Below, piece by piece: positions 50,739 through 59,857 of a stretch of DNA of 64,000 nucleotides (the first letter of the stretch is position 1; each line of letters starts with the position of its first letter). A program made the position numbers and the translations under genes. Source of the stretch: Bacteroidota bacterium (lineage in GTDB: Bacteria; Bacteroidota; Bacteroidia; Chitinophagales; JADIYW01); assembly GCA_963169645.1 (NCBI GenBank), contig CAUJCO010000013.1:469923-533922 (forward strand), written 5' to 3'. Below the pieces are notes generated by a model. The model did not search any database, was not told the origin of the DNA, and was given only the letters and a program-made list of their open reading frames with translations.

Positions 50739-51767
50739 TCATTTTTTCGCACTTCGATATTTAATAAAGTAATGCCCTTCGATAGAAAAAATTAAAAGCA
50801 AAAATGCACCCAACTGATGCAAAACACCTAATGTAATAGGAATTTCACCGGTTGTATATAATAAAGTAAAAATTCCCAACAATACTTGAACGCACACTGC
50901 CAACAACAACAACCATCGAGTGCGATGAAATGGAAATTGGGCTGCTACATTTTTAGTATAAAAGAAAATAAAAAGCACATAGAAAAAGATGGCATATGCT
51001 ATATTTCTGTGGATGAATTGTAAGATTAATTTGGTATCTGTTTCTTTAATATCAAACAATTCGGGAAAATAATTTCCATTCATCAATGGCCAAGTGGTGC
51101 TAACCAATGCTGCTTTTGAGCCGGCAACTAATGCACCAAATCCAATTTGAATAAAAACCAAGATAAAAAGCACCAAAAACAACCCTCTTTTTTTGGCATC
51201 AAACGGTGCTGTTTGTTTGGGATACAAATATTCCAAACCTACTCGCAATACATACGCAACAATGATAGTAGCAACTAAAATGTGCGACATTAAATTCAAC
51301 GGATTAACCAATACACTATTTTGGTTTAAACCACTCTGTACCATTATCCAGCCTACCACTCCGGCAACGCCACCCAACACAATTGCGATTAATATTTTGA
51401 TGATATCTTCTTTAAAAACTATTTTTTTATACATAAAATAGAACAACGGAATAATAGCGGCAACGGCAATAATTCGTGCCCAAAGACGATGAAACCATTC
51501 CCAAAAATAAATGCCCTTAAATTGCGATAATGTCATGGCTGTATTTTGCAATTTAAATTGTCCAAATTGCTGATATTTTATAAACGCTAAATTCCAATCT
51601 TGTTCATTCATTGGTGGCAACACACCCAAAATTGCTTTCCACTCGGTGATAGATAATCCGCTTCCTGTTAATCGAGTGATGCCACCTAATAAGATTTGTC
51701 CGAGCAGCATACCAACACCGATAATAAACCAAATCCCTAATATTTTCTTGCGTTTTGTTTCTTCCAT
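50739..51767 (-). CDS. ctaA: heme A synthase (COX15/CtaA family)
   Basis: GGITRLTGSGLSITEW motif, 8 TM helices, and conserved His pairs (WFHR, HILVAT, FIHRN, LHQLGA). Confidence 0.8.
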   Translation of the reverse strand: MEETKRKKILGIWFIIGVGMLLGQILLGGITRLTGSGLSITEWKAILGVLPPMNEQDWNLAFIKYQQFGQFKLQNTAMTLSQFKGIYFWEWFHRLWARIIAVAAIIPLFYFMYKKIVFKEDIIKILIAIVLGGVAGVVGWIMVQSGLNQNSVLVNPLNLMSHILVATIIVAYVLRVGLEYLYPKQTAPFDAKKRGLFLVLFILVFIQIGFGALVAGSKAALVSTTWPLMNGNYFPELFDIKETDTKLILQFIHRNIAYAIFFYVLFIFFYTKNVAAQFPFHRTRWLLLLAVCVQVLLGIFTLLYTTGEIPITLGVLHQLGAFLLLIFSIEGHYFIKYRSAKK

Positions 51768-51804
51768 TTCTAACGAATTAATGTTCCATATTCCATCAAA
51801 GCAC

Positions 51805-52779
51805 TTATGATTTATTGCTTATTTGTTGTGCAATTTTATTGATTGTTTCTTCTAATGGAATAAAATGATAGTTTAATTGTTGTTTTATTTTTTCGTTTGA
51901 ATATTCAAAATGTTCCAAAGATACGGTCATATTTTCTTTGGTTAAACCACGCTTACGCGATGTGAAAGCCGAAGCCAACCAATCTACACATAGAAATATA
52001 TTTCCTATTATCTTATTCAAAGCACGTTTAGGTGCCGGTACCTGAAAAGTAGAAGCAATCGTTTCAAAATAATTTTTAAATGTAGTATTTGTACCTATTA
52101 AGATAAAACGTTCGTTGGTGATAGTGGAATTCATAAGTTGTATGCAACAATTGACGACATCTTCCACATCAATGAAACCATTGGTTCCGTTGGAATAAAA
52201 GGGCATTTTTTGAGCTCGAATTTTATTAAAAACGCGCATCGTTGCTTTATTTTCTTTACCATATCCCAAAATAATTCCGGGATTGACAATCACCGCATCT
52301 AATCCTTCTTGAATACCACGCCATACTTCTCGCTCAGCCAACATTTTGGTGATGCCATAGTGTGTCGTCCATTCATTCTTTTCCCATTTGGTTTCTTCGG
52401 TAATCAATTCATTCGGTCGTCCGCCAATGGCAGCAATCGAACTAATGTGTACTATCTTTTTAATTCCTTTATCAAGTGCCACATTCACCACATTTGCAGT
52501 GCCTTCAATATTGCACTTATACATGGCATTGTAATACGAACTATCATAACCAATAACTGCAGCACTGTGGTATATCTTATCGATACCATCGAAAGCAATT
52601 TCTAAAGATGAAATATCTAAAATATCTGCTTCAACAATTTCAATTTTATCTTTAATAGCATACAGGTGTGATATATCTGAATTAGCACGTTTAATGATGC
52701 GTACAACTTCACCGTTTGCAACAAGTTGTTTGACCAATTCGCCGCCTAAGAAACCGGATGCACCTGTAACCAAAATCAT
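51805..52779 (-). CDS. NAD-dependent epimerase/dehydratase (extended SDR) family protein
   Basis: Rossmann motif ILVTGASGFLG and catalytic YGITK (YxxxK). Confidence 0.8.
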   Translation of the reverse strand: MILVTGASGFLGGELVKQLVANGEVVRIIKRANSDISHLYAIKDKIEIVEADILDISSLEIAFDGIDKIYHSAAVIGYDSSYYNAMYKCNIEGTANVVNVALDKGIKKIVHISSIAAIGGRPNELITEETKWEKNEWTTHYGITKMLAEREVWRGIQEGLDAVIVNPGIILGYGKENKATMRVFNKIRAQKMPFYSNGTNGFIDVEDVVNCCIQLMNSTITNERFILIGTNTTFKNYFETIASTFQVPAPKRALNKIIGNIFLCVDWLASAFTSRKRGLTKENMTVSLEHFEYSNEKIKQQLNYHFIPLEETINKIAQQISNKS

Positions 52780-52842
52780 GGAACAAATGTAAAATTTATA
52801 AGTGGTAACTACCTATCTTTTATGTTGTAAAGTTGTTATAAA

Positions 52843-53922
52843 TTATGGTAAATAAACGGCACCACCTATAACATCTTTTTGGGCACCTGTTACGGAAGAC
52901 AAGCAATTCGGGATTTCTAGGATACGCAACAACCCAAAAAATGCCATTGCCAAGGCTTCTTTGTATTGCACTGTTAATACATCCGGAACGATTACTTTTA
53001 AAGAACAACGATGTTGGATACGTTCTACTAAAAATGTATTTAATGCACCTCCACCGGTTAGAAATAAAGTAGTAGCACGGATGTTTTTGTATTGTTCCAA
53101 TGCACAATTAAGTTGCAAGGCAATATGCTCTACGGCTGTTGCCATTTTATCTGCAGATGGAATATTTAATGAATCAAACAATGGAATCCATTGCGAATAC
53201 ACATGCTCTGTGCCTAATGATTTAGGTGTTTTTTGATGACAATATTCAATGGCATTCAGCTGTTGTAATAACTCCGAATGTATTTTTCCGCCGCGGGCTA
53301 TTTTCCCATCTTCATCATACACTTTATTTAGTTGATGAGCGATATAATTTAGCATGGTATTGGCGGCACATACATCGAATGCCGCCACTGTATTATCGGT
53401 ATGAACGGCTATATTGGCAATGCCTCCTAAATTTAAAAAAACGGAGTAATCGGGAAATAAAAAACGTTCTGTAATTGGCACGATGGGAGCACCTTGCCCG
53501 TTATAAGCAACATCAGCTGTGCGTAAGTCACTCACTACTTTACAACCTGTTTGTGCTGCAATTGCGGCACCGCATCCAATTTGGGTTGTAAATCCAATAT
53601 TGGGTTGATGAAAAATAGTCTGACCATGTGAGCAGATAAAATCCAACTGCTCAATCTTATTTTCTTGGATAAAATGATGCGTTAAAGTACCAAAATATTT
53701 TCCTAAATCAACGTGTAATTTTGATAAATTAAAGCCGGATAGTTGAGGTGCGTTTTTAAGTTGTGTTCGAAACGCATCTGTATATTCTATACAATCAGCG
53801 TGTAGTATTTCATAATCAAAATGGCCATCCGATATATTAAATCGCACATAGCAAATATCCAATCCATCTAATGAACTGCCACTCATCAATCCAATGGCGT
53901 AAAAAACAGTCTTGTGTAACAT
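52843..53922 (-). CDS. anmK: anhydro-N-acetylmuramic acid kinase
   Basis: GLMSGSSLDGLD N-terminal motif, NLGGIANI, and FDVCAANTMLN. Confidence 0.9.
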   Translation of the reverse strand: MLHKTVFYAIGLMSGSSLDGLDICYVRFNISDGHFDYEILHADCIEYTDAFRTQLKNAPQLSGFNLSKLHVDLGKYFGTLTHHFIQENKIEQLDFICSHGQTIFHQPNIGFTTQIGCGAAIAAQTGCKVVSDLRTADVAYNGQGAPIVPITERFLFPDYSVFLNLGGIANIAVHTDNTVAAFDVCAANTMLNYIAHQLNKVYDEDGKIARGGKIHSELLQQLNAIEYCHQKTPKSLGTEHVYSQWIPLFDSLNIPSADKMATAVEHIALQLNCALEQYKNIRATTLFLTGGGALNTFLVERIQHRCSLKVIVPDVLTVQYKEALAMAFFGLLRILEIPNCLSSVTGAQKDVIGGAVYLP

Positions 53923-53970
53923 AGATTACAGATAAATAGTGCTATAAGTTGTAAATTTACACAATTTTTA

Positions 53971-54786
53971 TTGCATACTATTTTGGAAAGCATCGGATAT
54001 TTAGCAACCTTATTAATCGGCTTATCACTGGGTTTAATTGGTAGTGGCGGCACTATTTTAGCATTGCCTATTATTGTGTATTTATTTGGCATAAAAGAGA
54101 TGCAAACCGCAACGCATTATAGTATGTTTGTGGTGGGAAGCACCGCATTTATTGGTGCTTTCAGAAAATATCAAGAAAAATTAGTAGATATAAAAACGGC
54201 TATATTTTTCTTAATTCCATCAATAATCAGCTTATCGCTTACCCGAAAAATCATCTTGCCTTTATTACCGGATATTTTATTAAAATGGAATCAATTTGAA
54301 TTAACGAAAGACATTTTTCTACTTTTACTATTTGCAATGGTCATGTTAATCTCATCTATATCCATGATAAAAAATGCTCAACAAAAAGATGTTGATTGTT
54401 TTGCTAAAATTCCGGATGCTAATGCTCATCATTTACAAACTACATTCATTGCTATTGCAGTTGGAATACTAACGGCCTTATTGGGAGCCGGTGGCGGTTT
54501 TTTAATTATTCCGGCATTAACGCTTTTGAAAGAACATTGTATGCGCCGTGCTGTTGGCACTTCTTTAATCATTATAACGGTTAATTCTATTATTGGTTTT
54601 TTGAGTGATGCCTCTATGCAGATTGATTGGTTATTTTTACTTCCATTTACAGGAATTGCTATACTCGGCATGTTGATTGGTATTAAATTATCCGACAAAA
54701 TTCCGGGTGAAAAATTGAAAAAATTATTCGGTATTACAGTGCTGATACTTGGACTATTTATTATTATAAAAGAACTTTTTTTATGA
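53971..54786 (+). CDS. sulfite exporter TauE/SafE family membrane protein
   Basis: Two internal repeats each carrying the G-S/A-GGG motif (GLIGSGGTIL, LLGAGGGFLIIPAL), with about 8 TM segments. Confidence 0.8.
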   Translation: MHTILESIGYLATLLIGLSLGLIGSGGTILALPIIVYLFGIKEMQTATHYSMFVVGSTAFIGAFRKYQEKLVDIKTAIFFLIPSIISLSLTRKIILPLLPDILLKWNQFELTKDIFLLLLFAMVMLISSISMIKNAQQKDVDCFAKIPDANAHHLQTTFIAIAVGILTALLGAGGGFLIIPALTLLKEHCMRRAVGTSLIIITVNSIIGFLSDASMQIDWLFLLPFTGIAILGMLIGIKLSDKIPGEKLKKLFGITVLILGLFIIIKELFL

Positions 54787-55406
54787 GTGATATAAAATGT
54801 ACGAATGGAGAAACGCCCATGCAATTGGATGCTACTTTTTGGGATGAATTATGGAAAAATAAAATCACGGGTTGGGATTTAAAGAAAGTATCACCGCCAA
54901 TTCAATCATATATTGATGCCATGACGTGCAAAAACAAAGCTATTTTAATTCCGGGATGTGGTAATGCATACGAGGCGGCCTATTTATTGGAACAAGGTTT
55001 TAAAAACGTAACCGTTATCGATATTTCGGCAACATTAGCACAGCAACTTATAGCGCGATTTGCAACACATATTGGCAAAGAATTAACGGTGATTTGTGGC
55101 GATTTTTTTAAACACAGCGGACAATATGATTTCATTTTAGAACAAACTTTCTTTTGTGCTATTGACAGAAACAGACGCGCAGCTTATGCTGAAAAAATGG
55201 CTACACTTTTAAAACCCAATGGAAAATTAGCAGGTCTATTATTTGACAGAGAGTTTGAGGTAAGTCCGCCACATGGTGGCAACCAAAAGGAATATGAAAC
55301 CTTATTTTCAGAAAAATTCGACATAGAACAAATGGTACCGGCTAACAACTCCGTAACACCAAGAAAAGGCACCGAATTATTTTTTGAGTTAAGTTTAAAA
55401 AAATAA
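54783..55406 (+). CDS. SAM-dependent methyltransferase, thiopurine/halide-thiol methyltransferase (TPMT) family
   Basis: FWDELW...ITGWDL N-terminal motif, SAM motif ILIPGCGNAYEA, and FFCAIDRNRRAAYAEKMATLLKPNGKL. The ATG overlaps the tauE stop (ATGA). Confidence 0.75.
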   Translation: MSDIKCTNGETPMQLDATFWDELWKNKITGWDLKKVSPPIQSYIDAMTCKNKAILIPGCGNAYEAAYLLEQGFKNVTVIDISATLAQQLIARFATHIGKELTVICGDFFKHSGQYDFILEQTFFCAIDRNRRAAYAEKMATLLKPNGKLAGLLFDREFEVSPPHGGNQKEYETLFSEKFDIEQMVPANNSVTPRKGTELFFELSLKK

Positions 55407-55535
55407 GCAACGCCAAAGATTAAGCAAATATTGCATTAAGATGTATAAAAAGACAAATTCATTTTCCGATTTATAGGAGCTGAAAATTGTTGCGTAACTT
55501 AGAATTACAATATCAAAACAACTAAATAATTATAT

Positions 55536-56102
55536 ATGATTGAGCTATTAAAACAAGCTATGCCGTGGTACATTGCCGGTCCGCTCATCGGACTAACTGT
55601 ACCCATTTTATTACTGATTGGGAACAAACATTTTGGTATTTCATCGTCTATGCGGCATATTTGTGCGGCATGTGTACCGGCAAATATTTCCTTTTTCAAA
55701 TACCAATGGAAGAAGGAAGTTTGGAATTTGTTTTTTGTGGGTGGAATTTTTATCGGTGCTGTATTAACCGCCGTATTCTTTAAAAATCCCAATCCGGTAG
55801 CTATTTCCGAGAGCACCAAAACGATGTTAGAAGGTTGGAATATTACCGATTTTTCCGGATTGTTGCCCACCGATATTTACAATATCAACCAACTATTTAC
55901 ATTGAAAGGATTTATCATAATAATTGTGGGTGGTTTCTTGGTTGGCTTTGGTACTCGTTATGCCGGCGGATGCACGAGTGGACATGCTATTATGGGATTA
56001 TCTAATTTACAATTGCCTTCACTTATTGCTACTTGTTGCTTTATGGCTGGTGGAATTATCGTATCCAATTTTATTGTACCATTTATCTTTAAATATTTAT
56101 AA
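55536..56102 (+). CDS. YeeE/YedE family sulfur-compound transporter component (half-size)
   Basis: GTRYAGGCTSGH motif with 4-5 TM segments. Confidence 0.8.
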   Translation: MIELLKQAMPWYIAGPLIGLTVPILLLIGNKHFGISSSMRHICAACVPANISFFKYQWKKEVWNLFFVGGIFIGAVLTAVFFKNPNPVAISESTKTMLEGWNITDFSGLLPTDIYNINQLFTLKGFIIIIVGGFLVGFGTRYAGGCTSGHAIMGLSNLQLPSLIATCCFMAGGIIVSNFIVPFIFKYL

Positions 56103-56103
56103 T

Positions 56104-56496
56104 ATGTCAGATGTAAAATGGAGATATGTATTCACGTTGAAATGCCCTACTTGCGGCAAATCACCGTTATATATAGCGAAGAGTTCATTTAATTTTAGCA
56201 AATTCATGGATATGCACGACAACTGTTCTGCATGCAAAGAAGATTTTGCCGTAGAGCCCGGATTTTATCAAGGTGCGATGTACATTAGTTATATCCTTTC
56301 GTGTGCCTTATGTTTATCGCTGTTACCCATCTATGTTATATTTAATAATAGTCGCGATGCATTTTTAGACAATGCCTTATATTATTTATTTGGTTGTTTC
56401 GCGATGTTATTATTAACAGCACCCTATCTCACGCGTTTATCACGGGCTATTTGGCTCACTTTGCACATTCGATTTTTAAAAAATAAAGACTATTAA
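56104..56496 (+). CDS. DUF983 family zinc-ribbon membrane protein
   Basis: CPTCG...x25...CSAC zinc ribbon followed by two TM helices. The ATG at 56104 is 1 nt after the upstream stop. The 55924 track start is an out-of-gene extension overlapping yeeE. Confidence 0.75.
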   Translation: MSDVKWRYVFTLKCPTCGKSPLYIAKSSFNFSKFMDMHDNCSACKEDFAVEPGFYQGAMYISYILSCALCLSLLPIYVIFNNSRDAFLDNALYYLFGCFAMLLLTAPYLTRLSRAIWLTLHIRFLKNKDY

Positions 56497-56497
56497 C

Positions 56498-57007
56498 ATG
56501 ACAGAAATAAAAAATAAAATAGAAGAAAATACCGACTTTGAATCTCGTTCCTTGGATACCATTTGTATCAACGAATCGGAATTAGTGCACCCTTGGTGGT
56601 ATAATTTTAAATACCTGTTGTTGGGCATTTTTATTGGATTTGTGTTTGTAAAATCTGAAGTGGTTTCGTGGTTTAGAATTCAGGAAATGTTTCATTTCCA
56701 ATCGTTCCACATGTATGGAATTATTGGTAGTGCTGTAATGGTCGGGATGGTATCTGTGTGGCTTATCAAAAAATTTAAGGTTACATCTATTTATGGTGAA
56801 GTGATAGATTTTCATCCAAAACCATTTAACAAAGGCCAAATTTTTGGTGGTTTATTATTTGGTACAGGATGGGCTTTAACAGGTGCTTGTCCAGGCCCGC
56901 TGTATGCGCAAATAGGTTCCGGATTTTTAGTAGTTGGCATTACTTTATTAAGTGCTATCACCGGAACTTGGGTGTATGGTTTACTTCGAGATAAATTACC
57001 ACATTAA
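56498..57007 (+). CDS. YeeE/YedE family sulfur-compound transporter component (second half-size subunit)
   Basis: GWALTGACPGP motif with 4 TM segments. The ATG is 1 nt after the DUF983 stop. Confidence 0.8.
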   Translation: MTEIKNKIEENTDFESRSLDTICINESELVHPWWYNFKYLLLGIFIGFVFVKSEVVSWFRIQEMFHFQSFHMYGIIGSAVMVGMVSVWLIKKFKVTSIYGEVIDFHPKPFNKGQIFGGLLFGTGWALTGACPGPLYAQIGSGFLVVGITLLSAITGTWVYGLLRDKLPH

Positions 57008-57025
57008 TACACATAAAACGTCCAT

Positions 57026-57062
57026 AAAAAAAAGGATTCGTTACAACACGAATCCTTTTTTT
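57026..57062. terminator. bidirectional Rho-independent terminator
   Basis: Stem aaggattcg / cgaatcctt with an 8-nt loop, flanked by A8 and T7. It lies between convergent genes. Confidence 0.8.
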
Positions 57063-57091
57063 GTTTATTCATTTATTGAAAAATTAAAAAA

Positions 57092-58285
57092 TTAATGCTC
57101 ACCTTCTTCGTTTATTTCTGTAGTAACATCTTGTACCGGTGCAGAATTTTCTATTGTTGTATTTTCTACTTCCGTAGTCGATGTTGATGCAGCGGCTTTA
57201 GTAGCTTGTTTTGCTGCCAACTCTTGTTCTTGTTTTATTTTCTGAGCAGCTCTTTCTTCCTGAAGTTTCTTCTCTTTTTGAAGCTCATTTTTTAATTGGG
57301 CAATGGTTTGCATAATGCCGGCAACCTTGGTTTCTTTCTCTTTGGTTTTATCCAAAATATATCCAAAACGAGTTAGCAGTTCATCCGTGCTAAGTTTACC
57401 GCGTGTGTAATGTTGCATTTTCTCTACTTGAGCCTGATAACTTTCTTTATCTCTATCAATAGAATCTTGAAGCCCTTTGGCAATTTTGGTTAATTGTTGA
57501 ATGCGATCGGATGTTTTAGAGACTCTTTCTGTTGTTCTATATTTTTTTAAATCATCGAAAATAGCATTGATAGCATCGTATATATTGCGTTTATGGCTCC
57601 AACGCATTTGGATGTCTTTAATTTCTGCTTGAATCTTCTTTAATTCTTCTACAATGCTATTCCATTGGTCGTTGTAAATAAGTTTGGCTTGTAACTCTTC
57701 GATGCGTTTTAGATAGCTTTTTACCAATGTTGCATTCGCATGTTCTTCATTTTCTGTGTTGATGCGTTTAACTGCTTTTAATGCATTAAAAATGGTATCA
57801 ATTTTTAATTTGAGTGCACTTGTTTGCTCCCAAGTAATTTCATTTTTCTTTTGATAAGATGCTATTTTTTCCCATTGTACTTTGGTTTTATCCCAAAGTG
57901 TTTGATCGTATTCTGCTACTACCGATGCTTTCTCTTCCAATAACTTTACTTCATCTTCCAGCAGTTGATTGATTTTAGCACTCATCAATTTTTTGCTCCA
58001 ACTGTGTTGTGCTTGCAATACAGTTTGGATGCGGTCTACTTTTACTTCTTCCGGTAAGATGGAATCATTATTAGCATCTATTTCCCAATGGATGGTATTT
58101 TCGGGAAAGGTAAATTCGCCACCATTTTTCCATTCCACAAAAAGCATATCTTGTATTTCTTTAGAAGCTTCTTCTTTTGGAAAAGCATACGTATGAATCT
58201 TCGCTGTTTGTTCGTCTAAATGAATGGCAATTAAGGCTTTTCTATCGGTACCGATTTCACCCCATAAAACTAATCGTGTGTTCAT
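57092..58285 (-). CDS. hypothetical coiled-coil protein (397 aa from Met at 58285)
   Basis: Long K/E/Q-rich helical repeats with spaced Trp (LWDKTKVQWEKI, RWSHKRNIYDAINAIFDDLKKYR), loosely reminiscent of DUF349 repeats. The track start at 58381 would run through the upstream terminator. Confidence 0.5.
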   Translation of the reverse strand: MNTRLVLWGEIGTDRKALIAIHLDEQTAKIHTYAFPKEEASKEIQDMLFVEWKNGGEFTFPENTIHWEIDANNDSILPEEVKVDRIQTVLQAQHSWSKKLMSAKINQLLEDEVKLLEEKASVVAEYDQTLWDKTKVQWEKIASYQKKNEITWEQTSALKLKIDTIFNALKAVKRINTENEEHANATLVKSYLKRIEELQAKLIYNDQWNSIVEELKKIQAEIKDIQMRWSHKRNIYDAINAIFDDLKKYRTTERVSKTSDRIQQLTKIAKGLQDSIDRDKESYQAQVEKMQHYTRGKLSTDELLTRFGYILDKTKEKETKVAGIMQTIAQLKNELQKEKKLQEERAAQKIKQEQELAAKQATKAAASTSTTEVENTTIENSAPVQDVTTEINEEGEH

Positions 58286-58342
58286 GTTTAATCGTGTGTG
58301 TACGTGTTTGTCGGTGTGTAACTCAACATCTATTTTTATTAA

Positions 58343-58374
58343 TAAAAAAACAGTTTGTAGAACATACAAACTGT
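58343..58374 (-). terminator. Rho-independent terminator after the 58397-59086 gene
   Basis: Stem acagtttgta-gaaca-tacaaactgt, with a T7 run on the minus strand. Confidence 0.8.
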
Positions 58375-58396
58375 TTTGCAAAATTACGGTTTATAT

Positions 58397-59086
58397 TTAA
58401 TTTTTCAATGAGGAGCGTTTGGATTTAACAGTCTCTATGATTTGTTGTTGCAAGGAAATTTGTTGTTGTTTTGCTGCTTGATCTGCATCGTTTTTCACAA
58501 TTTCTTGCTCCATTTTTACAATAGATTGTTTGGCTTCTTCAATTTTTTTCAAGGTTTTAGATTTTGTTTTTTGTAAGCTACTCAATTCTTTATTCATCGT
58601 TTTTAATAGCTTTTCTTCTTCTTTAAGTTGATCACCTACGGAAGTAAGTGCTTGATTTTGTGCAAATTCTCTTATTACAGCATCCATGGCGGTATATTGT
58701 GAGCCGTAAGCCGAAGAAGTAATAAATGCACCGCCTAAATCGGTGAAGAAAGTGGCTTTTGTTCCGTTCGTAATTGGCGTTAAGATAGCATAGATATCGA
58801 CTGTATTTGCACTCGCAGTTGAGATTTGTGCATTATCGAGCATTATTTCCGGTGATTTTTTTTCGGAAACTACTTTGGCTTTATACTTTTTGGCTAATTT
58901 TTTTAAGCCATCTTTGGCAGCATTTGTATTGGTGCCATTTAAAATAATTTCGATTCCATTTTGTTCGCCTTTACTCATAAATTGGCGTACCTCGTTGGTG
59001 GTGAAATTGCCCTGTGCAAAAGATACGATATGAAAACTAAGAAGGAATAGAAGTATAGTTATGGTTTGGATTGATTTTTTTCTCAT
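58397..59086 (-). CDS. hypothetical secreted protein with C-terminal coiled coil (paralog B)
   Basis: Signal peptide. TNEVRQFMSKGEQNGIEIILNGT. The C-terminus ...DADQAAKQQQISLQQQIIETV is shared with the gene at 59162-59845. Confidence 0.55.
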   Translation of the reverse strand: MRKKSIQTITILLFLLSFHIVSFAQGNFTTNEVRQFMSKGEQNGIEIILNGTNTNAAKDGLKKLAKKYKAKVVSEKKSPEIMLDNAQISTASANTVDIYAILTPITNGTKATFFTDLGGAFITSSAYGSQYTAMDAVIREFAQNQALTSVGDQLKEEEKLLKTMNKELSSLQKTKSKTLKKIEEAKQSIVKMEQEIVKNDADQAAKQQQISLQQQIIETVKSKRSSLKN

Positions 59087-59105
59087 GATGTTTGATTATT
59101 GTATT

Positions 59106-59144
59106 AGAAAAAAAGACAGTTTGCCGAAAACGGAAACTGTCTTT
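59106..59144 (-). terminator. Rho-independent terminator after the 59162-59845 gene
   Basis: Stem aaagacagttt...aaactgtcttt, with an inner ccg-aaaa-cgg helix. T7 run on the minus strand. Confidence 0.8.
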
Positions 59145-59161
59145 ATATTGAAAATATATAA

Positions 59162-59845
59162 TTAGTTTAAGGTTGCTCTTTTAGCATTTACGGTTTCAAT
59201 AATTTGTTGTTGGATGGAAATTTGTTGTTGTTTGGCCGCTTGTTCTGCATCGTTTTTGATGATATCTTGCTCGCGTTGTTGAATCAAGGCTTTGGCTTTT
59301 TCGATATCTTTTAAATAATCTTCTTTTTTACCTTTTAAGCTTTTCAAATCGCCATTTAAAGATTTCAACACTTTTTCTTCTGCTTTTTGTTGATCTTCTA
59401 CTACTTCAATTGCTTGTGCCTTTGCAAATTGTTTCATTACGGTTTCCAACGCTGTATATTGTGTTCCATAGGCAGCTGAAGAAACAAAAGCACCACCTAA
59501 ATCTGTATAGATAGTTACTTTTGAGCCATTATCGATTGGTGTTACAACGGCATACATATCAACTGCATTGGCACTCACCGCCGGCATTTGTGCGTTATCG
59601 ATAAAGATTTCCGGATTTTTCTTGTCGCGGACAATCTTTGCTTTCATTTTTTTGCCCCATTTTTCAATGGCATCTTTAGCATCTTCCGGTTTGGTACCGT
59701 TTAATAAAAACTCTATGCCATTTTGTTCGCCTTTACTCATAAATTGGCGTACTTCATTGGTTACAAATTGCGTTTGAGCATGCATTGTTGAAAATGAAAA
59801 AATGGCAATAGCTACGAGCAAGGTGTGTTTGAATACTTTATACAT
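59162..59845 (-). CDS. hypothetical secreted protein with C-terminal coiled coil (paralog A)
   Basis: Signal peptide ending HAQ. TNEVRQFMSKGEQNGIEFLLNGT. C-terminal DAEQAAKQQQISIQQQIIETV. Confidence 0.55.
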   Translation of the reverse strand: MYKVFKHTLLVAIAIFSFSTMHAQTQFVTNEVRQFMSKGEQNGIEFLLNGTKPEDAKDAIEKWGKKMKAKIVRDKKNPEIFIDNAQMPAVSANAVDMYAVVTPIDNGSKVTIYTDLGGAFVSSAAYGTQYTALETVMKQFAKAQAIEVVEDQQKAEEKVLKSLNGDLKSLKGKKEDYLKDIEKAKALIQQREQDIIKNDAEQAAKQQQISIQQQIIETVNAKRATLN

Positions 59846-59857
59846 ATTGATAGTTTA

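Noticed and set aside
55924-56103. A long 190-aa version of the DUF983 ORF starting inside yeeE
   Set aside because: The upstream 60 codons overlap the YeeE coding frame and encode no DUF983-like sequence. The ATG at 56104 gives the canonical MSD...CPTCG N-terminus directly after the yeeE stop.
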